Positions 28,462-41,447 of a stretch of DNA of 64,000 nt are shown one piece after another (positions within the stretch are counted from its first letter, which is position 1; each line of letters starts with the position of its first letter). The position numbers and the translations under genes are program-made. The stretch is from Octopus sinensis (Eukaryota): positions 139,562,001 through 139,626,000 of the forward strand of contig NC_042997.1 of the NCBI RefSeq assembly GCF_006345805.1. The letters are read 5' to 3'. The notes below the pieces were generated by a model, which saw only the letters and a list, made by a program, of their open reading frames with translations, searched no databases and was not told where the DNA came from.

Positions 28462-28539
28462 CATAAATTTGTTGTCTTCGTCTAAACGTAAAGCATCGTG
28501 AACATTTTTCAGTACAGCATTTAATTCCGAGCGATCCAT
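28462..28539 (-). CDS. VPS9D1: VPS9D1-like gene, coding exon 1 (MDRSELNAVLKNVHDALRLDEDNKFM)
   Basis: ATG at 28539 in context gaagATGG; 78 nt ending at a perfect donor ATG|gtaagt (phase 0). The peptide resembles the N-terminal MIT-like helix of vertebrate VPS9D1 as I recall it (LQSAMKLANGAIELDTGNRPR). It lies in a CpG-retaining region. Confidence 0.85.
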
Positions 28540-28960
28540 CTTCAAGTTTAATATAGTTTGGTACAATTCAACACAAATTTCGTTGTTGCAGTTATTTTAA
28601 AAAGAATCTCCGGCTTCCAGACTACACTTCACCACTCAATAATGTTACGACTGACAACAAACTACACTGATTTGTTTTTAATTCAAAGCGAGACTCCGAG
28701 CGGAAGTCTCTCTCTCTTTTTCTCTCTCTCCCTGTTAATCTATCTATCTATCTATCTTGCCTTCTCTCTCCCTCTCTTCTGTCCAGGTATTAGAAAAACT
28801 GTCACGGTTTCCATTCCTATAAGCTACTCTCTAAAATAATTGGGACATGCGTAGATATTACCATTTCTATTGTTTCTAATCCTATAAATATAAAATAGGC
28901 AATCCTTCCGTATTGGTAGACGACATCATTCACCCACACAACCCTCTTTCGTGACAGATA
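28540..28960 (-). promoter_or_regulatory. Probable 5' UTR and promoter of the VPS9D1-like gene
   Basis: Immediately upstream of the ATG exon. CpG dinucleotides are visibly retained across about 27.1-30.9 kb but depleted in the gene body. An ETS-like GCGGAAGT lies at 28700-28707. The TSS itself cannot be placed. Confidence 0.5.
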
Positions 28961-29066
28961 GAGACGAATTAGAAAGATTGCACAATCCTTTCACACTATA
29001 GATAGTGTTGAGTCCGATTTATGTTCAATGAGGGGTATAACAAATTTTGGCATAGTTTCGGTTGTA

Positions 29067-29812
29067 GTAGCACAGATTTCCGTCGATTTCCGTAAAAAAC
29101 TTTTATTTTTTTACATAAGTAATGAGAGCGAAAGAGACTAAGAGGAAGCGATTTTACGACGAGAAGGTTTCACTTTGAAGTCGGCCTGTGTGTGTTTGAT
29201 GGGGTGTGGGAGACAGACAGTATGTTGTGTAAGTGAAGTGCTTCTGTTAGTGTGTGCGAAGAGACAGACATACATATACACATACACCGAGTAAAAAATT
29301 ACGATGAATCGGCCATACATACATACATACACACACACACATACATAGATACATACACACACACACACATACATACATACACACACACATACTTACACAC
29401 ACACACACACATAGATACATACACACACACACATACATGCAGACATACATATACACATACACCGAGTAAAAAATTACACTGAATCGACCATACATACATA
29501 CACACACACACATACATAGATACATACACACACACACATACATGCATACATACATATACACATACACCGAGTAAAAAATCAGTTATCTCTCTCTTTCACA
29601 CATTACTCTCTCTGTCTCTTCGCACACACTAACAGAAGCACTTCACTTACACAACATACTGTCTGTCTCCCACACCCCATCAAACACACACAGGCCGATT
29701 TCAAAGAGAAACCTTCTCGTCATAAAATCGCTTCCTCTTAGTCTCTTTCGCTCTCATTACTTATGTAAAAAAATAAAAGTTTTTTACGGAAATCGACGGA
29801 AATCTGTGCTAC
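29067..29812. repeat. Foldback structure: 202-bp inverted arms around a minisatellite spacer
   Basis: 29067-29268 versus 29611-29812, with about 3 mismatches by eye. The spacer has three copies of catacatatacacatacaccgagtaaaaaat embedded in (CA)/(CATA) runs. Confidence 0.9.
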
Positions 29813-30735
29813 GACATGCGAAACTTCGCCCCAATTTTTTTTTCCAAATGGAACGGTAGTGTGTCGTAGACAATGTTACCAAACAAAAACTGTAATCTCT
29901 AGTTATGTATACTGCTGACTCAAGTAGAATTTAAAAGGTATACCCAGACGAGTGGGTAAATTTTGATCCTTTCACCCGCACGATTTTCACTAAGATAAAA
30001 AAAAAAAAAAAACTCGGATTTTTTGCGTGTAATCAAGTAAATCCTTTATTTTTATTCGGAAAAAAGGTGGGTGGGCAACCGGACCCCACCCCATATCCCG
30101 GAATCTTTGGATTTGTTTTTTCTTTCGTTAAATGAATTCCGATGACCTAATATGCAACAAAACCCCCACCCCTTTTGGGGGGGTCCGGAAAACGGGGTGG
30201 GGTTAGGTGGGGGTGGAAGCCTCGGAAATTTCACCCCACCCCCATTTTCAAATATTCTTTGCTGTTTCTTTCTTAACCCATAATTTTAGATACCGTTTTG
30301 CAGAAATACGTTTTCTATAGAGTGTGGAATACATTTGATTGAAAGTTTGAAATGAATAAGTGAAAATGCAGAGGTTATAGAAGTTAGTGTGTGGAGAGAT
30401 AATGAACGATAAATTCATCTAAAAAAAAACACGTTAGAATTTTTGCATGTATCTGTGAAACGAAGTAAAAGTATAATATTAAGGCATTCTTTCGCCAATA
30501 TTAAAACAAAAATATCTTTTTCCTACATCTTAAAATCACTGGGTATAACAATCCCAGATTGCAAAATAAATTTTCAATTTTTGGCGCCGAAATGAGTTTC
30601 GTTTTTGAGTGGAGAGAGAGGGAGGGATGAGTAAAAGAGAAAGTGGGTGAGACAAGAGAAAAAGAAAGAGAATGGGTGACGAGGTTTACCCAAACTTTGA
30701 ATGATGATATATAATGATATATATAATTATGATAT

Positions 30736-30775
30736 ACTAGCTGGACCCATGAAAAATTCATGGAAATTATAAAAA
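30736..30775 (-). mobile_element. Helitron-like 3' terminus
   Basis: Minus strand: hairpin ccatgaa-ttt-ttcatgg, then gtccagCTAG|T. Confidence 0.45.
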
Positions 30776-31321
30776 AATGTAAGCATCCGTAAATTGTCTG
30801 CTAGTGCCACGAGAAATGTTTCTATATTGTGACAGTTAAAGGCGGCGAGCTGATTGAATCGTTAGCACGTGGGGCGAAATGCTTAGTAATATTTCGTCAA
30901 TCTTTACATTCTGAGTTCAAATTCTGCCATGGTCGACTTTGCCTTTCATCCTTTCGGGGTCAATAAATTAAGTACCAGTTGTGTACTGGAGTCAATCTAA
31001 TTGATTGGCACTCTTTCCCAAAAAAATTTCAGGACTTGTGCCTATAGTAGAAAAGTATATGATGTGTTCTGACCAACAGAAGCGATGTTGTGCCATGCTT
31101 CAATGCTTGGCAGTTCAGCCCAGAGCAGAACCTCTTTATTGGTAATGTAGTGCAAAGTTTGTGCTGTCACATTGGTACAACATCCTTGTTCACAACCATA
31201 GTGGAGTGTGGAAATGATGACAGCTCAGAATACCATGATTTTTGTTTGGGTAGTCAGATCATGAACACATCATACATATTCCTCAAATGTGCCTTGCCCA
31301 TTTACTCCTATTTGTGGAGTT

Positions 31322-32072
31322 AACCTCACAAACTTTCTAAGTCTAATTGCACACAGAGTGAATGTGTGCTCTTCTTTGCTGTCATGTCTCATGAATGAAC
31401 ATTTTTGGGATCAAATAGTGACATGGTGATGAGAAATGGGTTCTCTATAAAAATGTCAAGCACTGAAGACAGTGGGTAGGGAAAGGAGAAACACTGGCAC
31501 CCTAAGCTAAAGAAGGTCTTCATCCACTTAAGGTGTTGTTATCTGTTTGGTGGGATATGAAAGTTGTAGTCCACTTTGAACTTTTAAATCTAAACTAAAT
31601 GATAACAAAGGAGATGTACTGCAAGCAGCCTGAGCAGCTTAAGTCAGCACTAGAAGATAAACAACCATCTTTGGTTTCAAGATGAAAGGTGTTCTTCCAT
31701 CAGGATAATGCTCGGCCACTCACAGCAAAGATGATATTCCAGAGGCTGGAGCAGTTTGAATGGGAAATGATGCCCTACCCACCATATTTGCTGGACATTG
31801 CCCCATCTGATTATCATTTATTACACAGTCTTCAAAATCATTTGGATGGAAAAAATATGAATTCTGTAGATGAGGTCAGAACAGTACTGGAGGAGTATTT
31901 TTCATCATGGTTAAGTGAATTTTAGAAAAGGGGCCTTGCAAGTCTACCAGATAGGTGGAAGAGCATTGTAGAAAGTGAAGGAGAGTATATTTTAAGTTAA
32001 AAAACCAACTCTATTTATCTAAATTTTGAAAAATAAAAAAGTGTTTAAAAAATGCATTATTTACAGGATGAC

Positions 32073-32078
<6 letters not shown>
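31322..32078 (+). mobile_element. Decayed mariner (DD34D) transposon, 3' two-thirds with right TIR
   Basis: GDEKW, LLSVWWD, FHQDNARP, YPPYLLDIAPSDYHL and LPDRWKSIVESEGEY, with several stops. It ends ..ggatgacccaata next to (TA)n. Confidence 0.88.
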
Positions 32079-32124
<46 letters not shown>

Positions 32125-33270
32125 CAGAGGTTGGACAAAATAATGGAAACACCTTAAAATTCCAAACAAATTTATTTTAACATGTGGTAGGACCTCCTTT
32201 GGCAGTAATTACAGGCTTGAATTCTACAAGGTATGGACTCATACAAAGTTTGAATTGTTTCCAAAGGAATTCTTTGTCCATTCTTCAGCTAAAATAGCCT
32301 CCAGTTCTTGTATTCATGATGGTGGAGGATATCAACTCCTTACTTGTTTTTCTAAAATGCACCATAAATGTTCAATAATATTGAGATCTGGGGACTGTGG
32401 TGGCAGATAAGATGTTCAACTTCACTAGAATGTTCCTCATGCCATTCCAGTAACAACTTTAGCTATGTGAATTGGTGCATTATCATCCTTAAAGATTGCA
32501 TTTCCCTCCGGAAACAGTTCTGCAACCATAGGATGAATTTAATCAAATAAAATGCTTAAATAGTCAACACAGATCATCCTCCATATTTAGCAGTTGGAAG
32601 AAGGCAGAAGTATACTTGACCAATGGTTGGAAATAGAGTAAAGGATGACTTGTCCGAGAAAATAACATTCTTCCGCTGCTCTAGGGACCAATTCTGTAGG
32701 TTTTTACTCCACTCTAAACACTTTGCAACGTTTGTTTTTGAAAGTAGTGGTTTTCTGATTGCAGCCCTCCCATGAAATTCGGCTTTGTGCAGCTCCCAGC
32801 AAACAGTTTTTGTGGAAACTAGGTTCTCGAAGTGGTCATTAAGCTCTGCAGTAATTTTGGGAGCTGTACTTTTGTGATCCTTTCTAACAATTCACATAAG
32901 AGTCCGACAGTCCCTATCTGAAAGTTTTGGTTTTCTTCCAGAGTTTTGTTTCGACAGGGAGGTTCTTCCCTCTTCTTCAAAGGCTGTCATTACTTTTGAG
33001 ACAGTACTTCTTGACACACCAAACATTTCAGCTGATTTTGTTATGCCAGCACCTGCCATACAAGCACCAACAATTTAACCTCTTTGAAAGTCCGATAGAT
33101 CTTTCATTTTAATGAATTTTAATTATCTTTTTCTTATGATATCTGAAAAGAACAGTAATTTTAGCAAAGCATATTAAGCAACACTAATAATAAATCCAAA
33201 AACATAAAAATAAACAAGCTTTTGATGGTTTTATAGATATTTCAGAATTATGATGTTTTGATGCTAGGTA
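32125..33270 (-). mobile_element. Decayed Tc1-type (DD34E) transposon
   Basis: TA followed by the TIR cagaggttggacaaaataatggaaacacc at 32125. The minus strand encodes VIFSD, DDNAPIH and PQSPDLNIIEHLW. The other TIR appears lost. Confidence 0.85.
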
Positions 33271-33869
33271 TGTGTGTGTGTGTGTGTGTGTATGCTGTAT
33301 GTGGTGGTACACACACACACACACATATATATAGAGAGAAAGTTTTTGAAGCGATGTACACATATTATATATTTAGAATAATAATGAAGTCAAAATGTTG
33401 GATGATTATATTATATTATATATATTATTTACATTTTATTTACATTTTTAGCACTTTCTTATATTATCAGATTTATCAAAAAGTGTTTTAAAGTTAGATT
33501 TCTCGGCCTTTTAAAGTATAAAGAATTTTGTGAGGTTTGCCAAGCAAAGGAGAAGAAAAAAATTTTTGAGTAAGAAGGGGAGGTAAAGAGTTGTGACTTT
33601 TGTATTGGTACTTAGTGGCCTTTTAAGGTTGGGAAGGAAAAATAATTTTTGTATTTGATTTAGTCAAGGTTTTAATTAAAAAAACCAGATGTTACTTTTG
33701 AGTTTCTTCAGTAAAAATTATAATTGCATTTCCAGATGTTGTTCTTTTGTATTCATTAAAGAATAGTTGAATAGATGTAATCAACTTTTTTTTATTGAAA
33801 TTCTAAATTTTTCAAAAGAGTGATTTTTGAGTTTACTATACACTCACACAGCAATTACACACACATATA

Positions 33870-35006
33870 CAGGGTGCATAAGATATTTGAGGATAGATTT
33901 ATGTTTATAAAAAACAGATGATAACTTTATTTATCTAAAAATGCTATGAGAATAAAAATAAACTTTCTTTTCATTAATGTTATTCAATACAGCCACCTTC
34001 AGCTTCAACAACTGCTTCTATATGAGATGTAAATCATCTACATGCTCGAATCAAGTGGTCCTGGTTCATTTTGGATATTTCTCTCACTATAGCAGCTTTC
34101 AAAGAATCTTTGATGTTAGGGGCATGTTCATGTAATAGTCCAATGGATTGAGATTTGGAGAATTAGAGGCCAAATGTTAGAGGTTATGAGATCATGAAAA
34201 TTTTCAGCCATGCATTTCTGTGTTACTAGAGCCATGTGTGATAGTTCAGTCTTACTGAAACATATATGGCTTTCCATTGCATACACTGTCTGTCCAGGGC
34301 TTAGCAATTATTTCCAGGACCTCAATGCAGGTGGCAGAGCTATATCTAAGGCCTGAAGGAAAGAAGGAGGCATCACATGTCCTTCATTGCTGACAACCCC
34401 TAAAACCATAACAGTTGCAGGAAATTTTGTATGCATAACACTTGGAACTTTAGAAGGGTCTGCACATAACCATCTGTCATTTCTTCTGTTAACATTTTAA
34501 TCTTGGTCAAAGTTTTTCTCTTTTGAGAAAAACCAAATCAAATCTACTGGATTTTTCAGTTTGTTTAAGATCCTTTTAGATCTGATGTAGTGATTTTCTT
34601 TTGCTTTTTCTGACAAATTGACTTTTCCTCATCATATAAGACTTATATCTGATGTTTTTATGGACAACATTTCTGACTGTTCCTTCTGACACATGGAGAT
34701 CTTTTGCAATTGACTTCATGGACTTTCTGGGATTCTAATAAATGGTCTGTTGAACTTGCTGGATAAATTCAGGTGTTCTGATGATTTCAGAGCATTTAGA
34801 ATGCTTTTTATGTTTTGATACTGATGATATATTTCCAACTTCAGTCTCTAGCTACTATGCTCATCCTTTATAACCACAATGCCTCTTCATTTCATGAGTA
34901 AGCTGAGGGTCTGCCATTATTATTTTCTGAAACAAAAATTATATAGAGTTAGCAAAAATGCAGCAATGACCAAAAAATTATGTCCTCAAATACCTTACAC
35001 ACCCTG
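33870..35006 (-). mobile_element. Decayed Tc1/mariner transposon, probably maT/DD37D type, with both TIRs
   Basis: TA|cagggtgcataagatatttgagga ... tcctcaaataccttacacaccctg|TA. The minus strand has FSKEKNFDQD and WP.NSPNLNPLDYY. Confidence 0.82.
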
Positions 35007-35040
35007 TATATGTGTGGTGTGTGTGTGTGTGTGTGTGTGT

Positions 35041-35094
<54 letters not shown>

Positions 35095-35101
35095 TATATA
35101 T

Positions 35102-35136
<35 letters not shown>

Positions 35137-35141
<5 letters not shown>

Positions 35142-37530
35142 TGACACCCACTCCAAATCTCATAGAACTAGAAACTGATATTGAGAACTTCAACTGTCAC
35201 TTCTGTCTTATAGAATTCTTTGACAACAATAAAGTAGAAGACAAATCAATTGTAAGAAAAAAATCTCATTTCCATCCTTTACAAGGAGAGCGATAAACAC
35301 CTAGATACATATGTAGAAACAATCTCAAATTTCCCTCTCAGTACCCATAAATGCAAACAGAACCTTCATGAAGGAGAAAAGGAAACTTAACAAAGACTAA
35401 AAAACAACAATTCAATTATCCTAAAGGAATCTGACAAGGGTGGAGTGATAGTAATCATGGATACAAACTACTACAAAGAAAAACATACTAGACATTTTAA
35501 CAGATCAAACATACTATAAGAAAGAATCAAGACACCTGGAAAAAACAATACTGAATAAAATAAGAACATTAATTAACAAATACCAGGACTCCTTCACAGA
35601 TAAAGAAAAGGACTGCTTATACAACTCCATAATCAAAGAGAGCAATTTCTACGGTTTCCCCCAAATCCACAAAAGTTCTGAGATACAGAGAGCCATAAAT
35701 AAACACAGGAGTCAATACGTAAAAATACAAAGACCCACAGACCTCAAAATGAGACTGATAGTTGCTGGGCCCCAAGCCCCAACACAACAACTGAATTGCC
35801 GCTTGGACATACTCCTGAAACCCTTATGCCCATTAACACCCAGCTATATACGGGATGACATAGACTTTCTCAAACATATCCCAACTACTGTCCTGGAAAG
35901 TTTTGACATCACTAATCTCTATACAAACATACTGCATACTTTAGACCTGGAAGCAGTCAAACACTAGGTAGAGAAACACAAAAGATGTATTGATGAATGT
36001 TTCAAAACAGACTTCATAACCAAAGCCACTTGTCTAGTACTAGAAGAAAACACCTTCAGATTTGATAAGATATGTCAACAGTTAAAAGGGCACAGCTATG
36101 GGTACAAAATTTTCACCCTCATATGCCAACCTAGTCATGGGTTACCTAGAAGGTAGACTTACAAGGAAGTAGGAAAAACCTTTGATCACAGTTTCAAGGA
36201 AAACATGAAAAGTGGAAATGCTGCCTCAATGAGTGCTTCATTTTTTGGGATAGACCAAAAGAAGTCCTACAAGCATTTCACAACACCCTGCACTCATCTA
36301 TCAAATTCACAACAGAAACCAGCTACAATGAACTACCATTCCTAGTCATTCACATCAAAATATACAACTCCACTGTCACAACAGATATATTTTACAAAAA
36401 GACAGACATGCGCAGGAGTGACTGTGGTAAGTAGCTTGTTTACCAACCACATGGTTCTGGGTTCAGTCCCACTGCGTGGTAACTTGGGCAAGTGTCTTCT
36501 ATTATAGCCTCAGGCCGACCAAAGCCTTTGGTAGATGGAAACTGAAAGAAGCCCTAACTGATGCTGGTGTGTTTACGTCCCCATAGCTTAGCAGTTCAGC
36601 AAAAGAGACCAATAGAATAAGTACTAGGCTTACAAAGAATAAGTCTTGGGGTTGATTAGTTTCATCAAAAGGCAGTGCTCTAGCATGGCCGCAGTCAAAT
36701 GACTGAAACAAGTAAAAGAGTAAGGAGTACACCAAATATTTAAATTTCTACTCTTGCCACTCTTCACATATCAAAAGGAACATCCCATACAGTATGACAA
36801 CATGCATTGGCATCATAGTAACTGACCCACAAATACCCCAAGAACAAAATTACCCTGTGAAACTTATAAATAATGGAATCTCAAAAGCAATGAAATTAGA
36901 TGTCACACAACTTAGGATTCCAAAAGAAAAAAGCAAGGAGTATGCTGTTCCATTTATTAACACATGCAACCCTGGAATAACTAATATTTTCCACGTATTA
37001 CAATTAAACCCACCAATACTCTTACAGAGTCCCAAAAATGAGAAAACTGATAGACAAAAGCTATCTGTGAAATACTGAAGGCCAGAAAAAAACCTTAAAA
37101 AGCAACTTACAAAAGCAAAATTCACATCAGAGAATGAAACAGAATTCTCCATAATGGAATGTGGAGACAGAAGTGGAATATGCAACAACAACAATAACTA
37201 CAAATATACAGACGGGGACACCCACATAAAATTTAAGAGTGAATTCTTATTCAAAGTAAATACAAATATGAACTGCAAGATGCAAAACCTCATATACTGC
37301 ATTACTTGCCCTAAATGCAAGGAGAATCATATTGGCGAAACCAATAATTCCCTTTGCCAACACACAAGAATCCATAGACAGCACATCTGACAAGAGGAGC
37401 TACAGAAAATTCCACTGAGCAAACATTTGGAAATATGTGGAGAAGGAAGATTCAAAGTCTTTCCCTTCTACAAATGCTCAAGGAAGAACCCAAACTTCTG
37501 AAAAACAATTTAGCTACACTTCATAAAGAA
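35137..37530 (+). mobile_element. Decayed Penelope-like element (RT plus GIY-YIG endonuclease), interrupted by a SINE at about 36410-36722
   Basis: Broken frames give KESDKGGVIVIMD, FYGFPQIHK, SFDITNLYTNI, GTAMGTKFSPSYANLVMG, IKFTTE, TDIFYKKTD, YLNFYSCH and NLIYCITCPKCKENHIGET. Many stops and frameshifts. Confidence 0.9.
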
Positions 37531-38735
37531 ATTCACACCAAAAGGAAACATTTGGAAATGTATGAAGGAAAATTCAAAGTTCTGAAAGATAACAGAACTA
37601 TACTTCACAAAAAAATTAACATAACTATATATTTTTTTGAAATTCCACCTATGAGAATTCTATATGAATTTGATTGTATATATGTTAGAGATGATCTCAA
37701 ACCATTGCTAAAACCTTTTTACCACATTATTGTTGGACCTTCCAAAACACGCCAGATTCCAAAATTCTATAAGAACAGCTGCTTTCCCTCTTCTGTACTT
37801 GGCTCTTTTTCTCCTTTAGAAAATTCTAAGTTGGAACTTCGAATTATATTCAAAACAAAACAGCCAACCAGAAATAGATGAATTTGGAAATATAATTGTG
37901 ACAGTATTGTGTATTGCTTTTTTTAAAAATTCCATTTTGCAGTCTGAAGGACAAATCCTTGGACAAAAATCAAGAGTAGTGGCTAAAATGACCAAAACTT
38001 GACAAATTTATTTTTACCACAGAGATGAATCTTTAATTATATTATATTATTATTTTTTTTTAATCATAAGGTGTACTTATATATGTATAGTGTGTGCACA
38101 AATATGAACATGTACATGAGTGTGAGTGGCATTCACCCAAGCCTGATCTTTGCTTCTTGGTCTGGCCGTTGTCCGTGCAACACTGATATTCCTCCTTGTG
38201 CCTGTCAAATCTTGTATTCCTGTCGTAAGGCTTCATTTCCACACATGCCAGCTTAATTTAATTCGTCCTTAGTCGAAAGACACCTGTTGTTATGTCCTGT
38301 TATTATATTTATTGTATTTGTGTAACATTGTCCGTTTTTTTTTCCGTCCTTGTTTTTTTATACATTCGCTGCTTTCTTCCAAGGAATCTAATGCTCTTAG
38401 CTTAGTTTTCCTTGGGGCTGGCCAGACTGGAGCAATCTCAAGTATAATCAACCAAAATTGCAAAGATAATCTGATACTTGACTGAGGAAAGAAAATGACC
38501 TGTCCTTGTTTTCTTTGTATCGTTTATCTGGATGTTTTATTTTCTTTTTTCTGTATCACCTAACTGTCAGGATGTTTTGTGTTCTTGTCCCATTTTGTAT
38601 TTTTTATATATGTATATATATATATATATATACATATATATATAGTTAATCCAAACATGAAAGCACAAAAAAACACAACAATGCGAGGATGTAGAACAAT
38701 TATAGTATTATTGGACGCTCAGGAAAGAAGGAGGA

Positions 38736-38769
38736 TTTAACGTTTTGAGCGGAGCTCTTCGTCAGAAAC
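38736..38769 (-). ncRNA. Degenerate minimal hammerhead ribozyme motif (Penelope pLTR type)
   Basis: The minus strand reads gttt CTGACGA a gagc tcc gctc AAAA C GTT aaat: a 4-bp stem I, a GAGC/GCTC stem II and a palindromic AACGTT stem III. GAAA is mutated to AAAA, consistent with CpG decay. Confidence 0.55.
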
Positions 38770-38826
38770 ATAGGAGAAGGGAAGACAGAGGCAAAAAAAT
38801 GACCAACGGTACACACGCAGTCATAC

Positions 38827-38874
<48 letters not shown>

Positions 38875-39163
38875 ATGTATATGTATGTGAGTTTGTATGT
38901 GTTATATATATATATATAATTGCTGAGTGAGTGTATAGTGAACTCAAAAATCACTCTTTTGAAAACATCTTGAATTTGAACCAAAAAACATTTACTACAT
39001 CCATATAACTATTCTTTAATAAATACAAAAGTCCTGGCTCCCAGTCATGGTCATCATAAAGCATCAAATTAACGACAAAACCGAAGACAATCTGATGCTA
39101 CTATACCAAGAAGATTGCCTCAGTACAACAGATGGATTGTTGAGAGAGGTTAAAAAAGCCATG

Positions 39164-39335
39164 GCACAGTACTGGAGGAGTACTTTTTTGTCATGGACAA
39201 GTGAATTTTGGAAGAGGGGCCTTGCAAGTCTACCAGATAGATGGAAGAGCATTGTAGAAAATGAAGGAGAATATATTTTATATTAAAAAAGAACTTTGTT
39301 TATCTTAATTCTGAAAGATAAAATAAGTATAAAAA
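39164..39335 (+). mobile_element. 3' fragment of the same mariner family as 31322-32078
   Basis: Closely similar to 31880-32040 (cagtactggaggagta..ggggccttgcaagtctaccagatag..gaaggag). Confidence 0.8.
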
Positions 39336-41437
39336 CTCCACATAGAAGTATAAAAATACTTTGGAGAGAAGACACAAAAAGTATGCAAAAATATATGCAT
39401 GAAAGATCCTGGAAGGTCTAGCACCCTTGAGATTGAAAGCTATACCAATCATGGACTGGATATTATTGCATAGTACCAAAGATCTCTCCGTCTTCGTCCG
39501 TAGCAAGAACCCAATGGTTTAACAGTTTAGGGTTCAAAGGCCCACAGCTTTTCAATACATTGCCCAAAAGCCTCAGAGATCTACAAAGATTTAAAAACAT
39601 TCCCAAAGACACAAAGTTGAATAAAGATTATTCACCTCTAAGAGGCTATGCTTGCATACTTTTGCTGAAAGTCTTGGTGTTTGTGGCCATGGTTTGACTG
39701 GCACTCCATCAGTTATGACGATGAGGGTTCCAATTGATTTGATCAACAGAACAGCCTGCTCGTGAAATTAATGTGCAAGTGACTGAGCACTCCACAGACA
39801 CATGTATCCTTAATGTAGTTCTCAGGGAGATTCAGTGTGACGAGGCTTGTTTTTTGAAATACAGGTACCACTCAATTTTTCCAGCTGAGTGAACTGAAGT
39901 AACATGTCTTGCTGAAGGATACAAGGAATTGAACTGATGACCTAACAATTGTGAGCCAAATACCCTAACCACTAAGCCATGTACCTTCATGGCCATGGTT
40001 TACAAAAGAAAAAAATACAAAAACTAATATAGCGGCCCCTTTCAAAGTAATTATATATTAAAAGTTTTCAGCTACATACGAAATTAAAATGAATGACTCT
40101 TCATCTAAACCAACCATATACAGCCCAAATATTTTAACTATTCCATATTCAAACCTGCCAGATCTAGCCTCGCACACCTACCCTACAATGTCATTCTAAA
40201 AATAAATGATAACATTGAAATTTCGAAGCTACAAGATAATGCATGTTTAATTCAAAACAAAGTGAATAAATAAACATTACATTTGACAGAGTAATCTGAA
40301 TGCTAAAAGGTTAAAGTTAAATATTAACTTCTTAGATCAATGTAGACAGATGCGAGACAGCTAACTGAATCGAGCACAGTATATTACTAGTACTTATTTT
40401 GTTAATACAGAACAGCCTGCTCGTGAAATTAATGTGCAAGTGACTGAGCACTCCACAGATAAGTGTATCTTTGACAGTTCTCAGGGAGATTCAGTGTGAC
40501 AGGGGTTGCCCTTTGAAATACAAGTACCACTCAATTTTTCCAGTTGAGTGGACTGGAGCAACATATCTTGCTGAAGGACACAATGCATGGCTGTGAATTG
40601 AACTCATGGCCTAACAATTGTGAGCCCTGACTTAATTACATATGACATTTAGCCCAATGTTGCACTACTTGTCAACTCACTGCTCCTTACCAACGAGAGA
40701 ATTTATAGTCACTTAACCTACTAGTAGCAGCTGATAAATGTCCTTCAAACCACACCCTATATTCTTAGGAGGTGGAGAAATACAGTGGGTTATGTGATCC
40801 TAGATTTTCGAAAAGACAATATGGTCACATCAAGAACATTTTGTAGATCCTCTCAATCAATCCTTACCTGGGGCTAAATAACAACACACTGCCCTTCTCT
40901 GAAAATAAATCTTACTACTCATTATAATACTATAAGTAAAGTATTTTTTCGCAAATTTAGACATTTTAATAGTTGTTTGTGCATCACGATTTATATCTTT
41001 CTTGTAAATCTAGGATTACACTGTGGAATGCCTTTCCTTTGTTTAAAGATGACGGTGTGATCAGAAGATCTGGCTGCTATTTCTAGCAGTTGTGTGATGA
41101 TATAGAACCCTTGCTGGTTCGAAACAAAATGTTGATCCTTAATAAAGATATAAAAAGTAGACTGGTCCTGTTGAGAACACTTTTTAAATTTTTTTTCACG
41201 TAAGCACAACGACTCAAATTTATGGCTGTATGACATTACAAACTTTCTTAAGGGTATAAAGCAACATGCGCTCGAGAACTCTGCACTGCAGACTCATCTC
41301 AACAGATATTACCATAACACTTAAAGGACATCCATCACTCCAGAGTAAACATTATCAAGTTTAATTAACAAGGAAAAAGTATCTCAAGTACTTGATTAGA
41401 AAGGTAAACACTGAGATTATTCATAGAATCAGTAAGT

Positions 41438-41447
41438 TTTATTTATT
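41438..41447 (-). terminator. Candidate polyadenylation signal of the GFOD gene (overlapping AATAAATAAA)
   Basis: Two overlapping AATAAA on the minus strand, followed by U/GU-rich sequence, at the end of a tract below the stop codon in which I recognise no TE. Other AATAAA hexamers (e.g. about 43777) are alternatives. Confidence 0.3.

Noticed and set aside
28186-28566. 126-aa single-exon ORF
   Set aside because: Only 28539-28462 is exonic; the rest reads through the gtaagt donor into intron 1.
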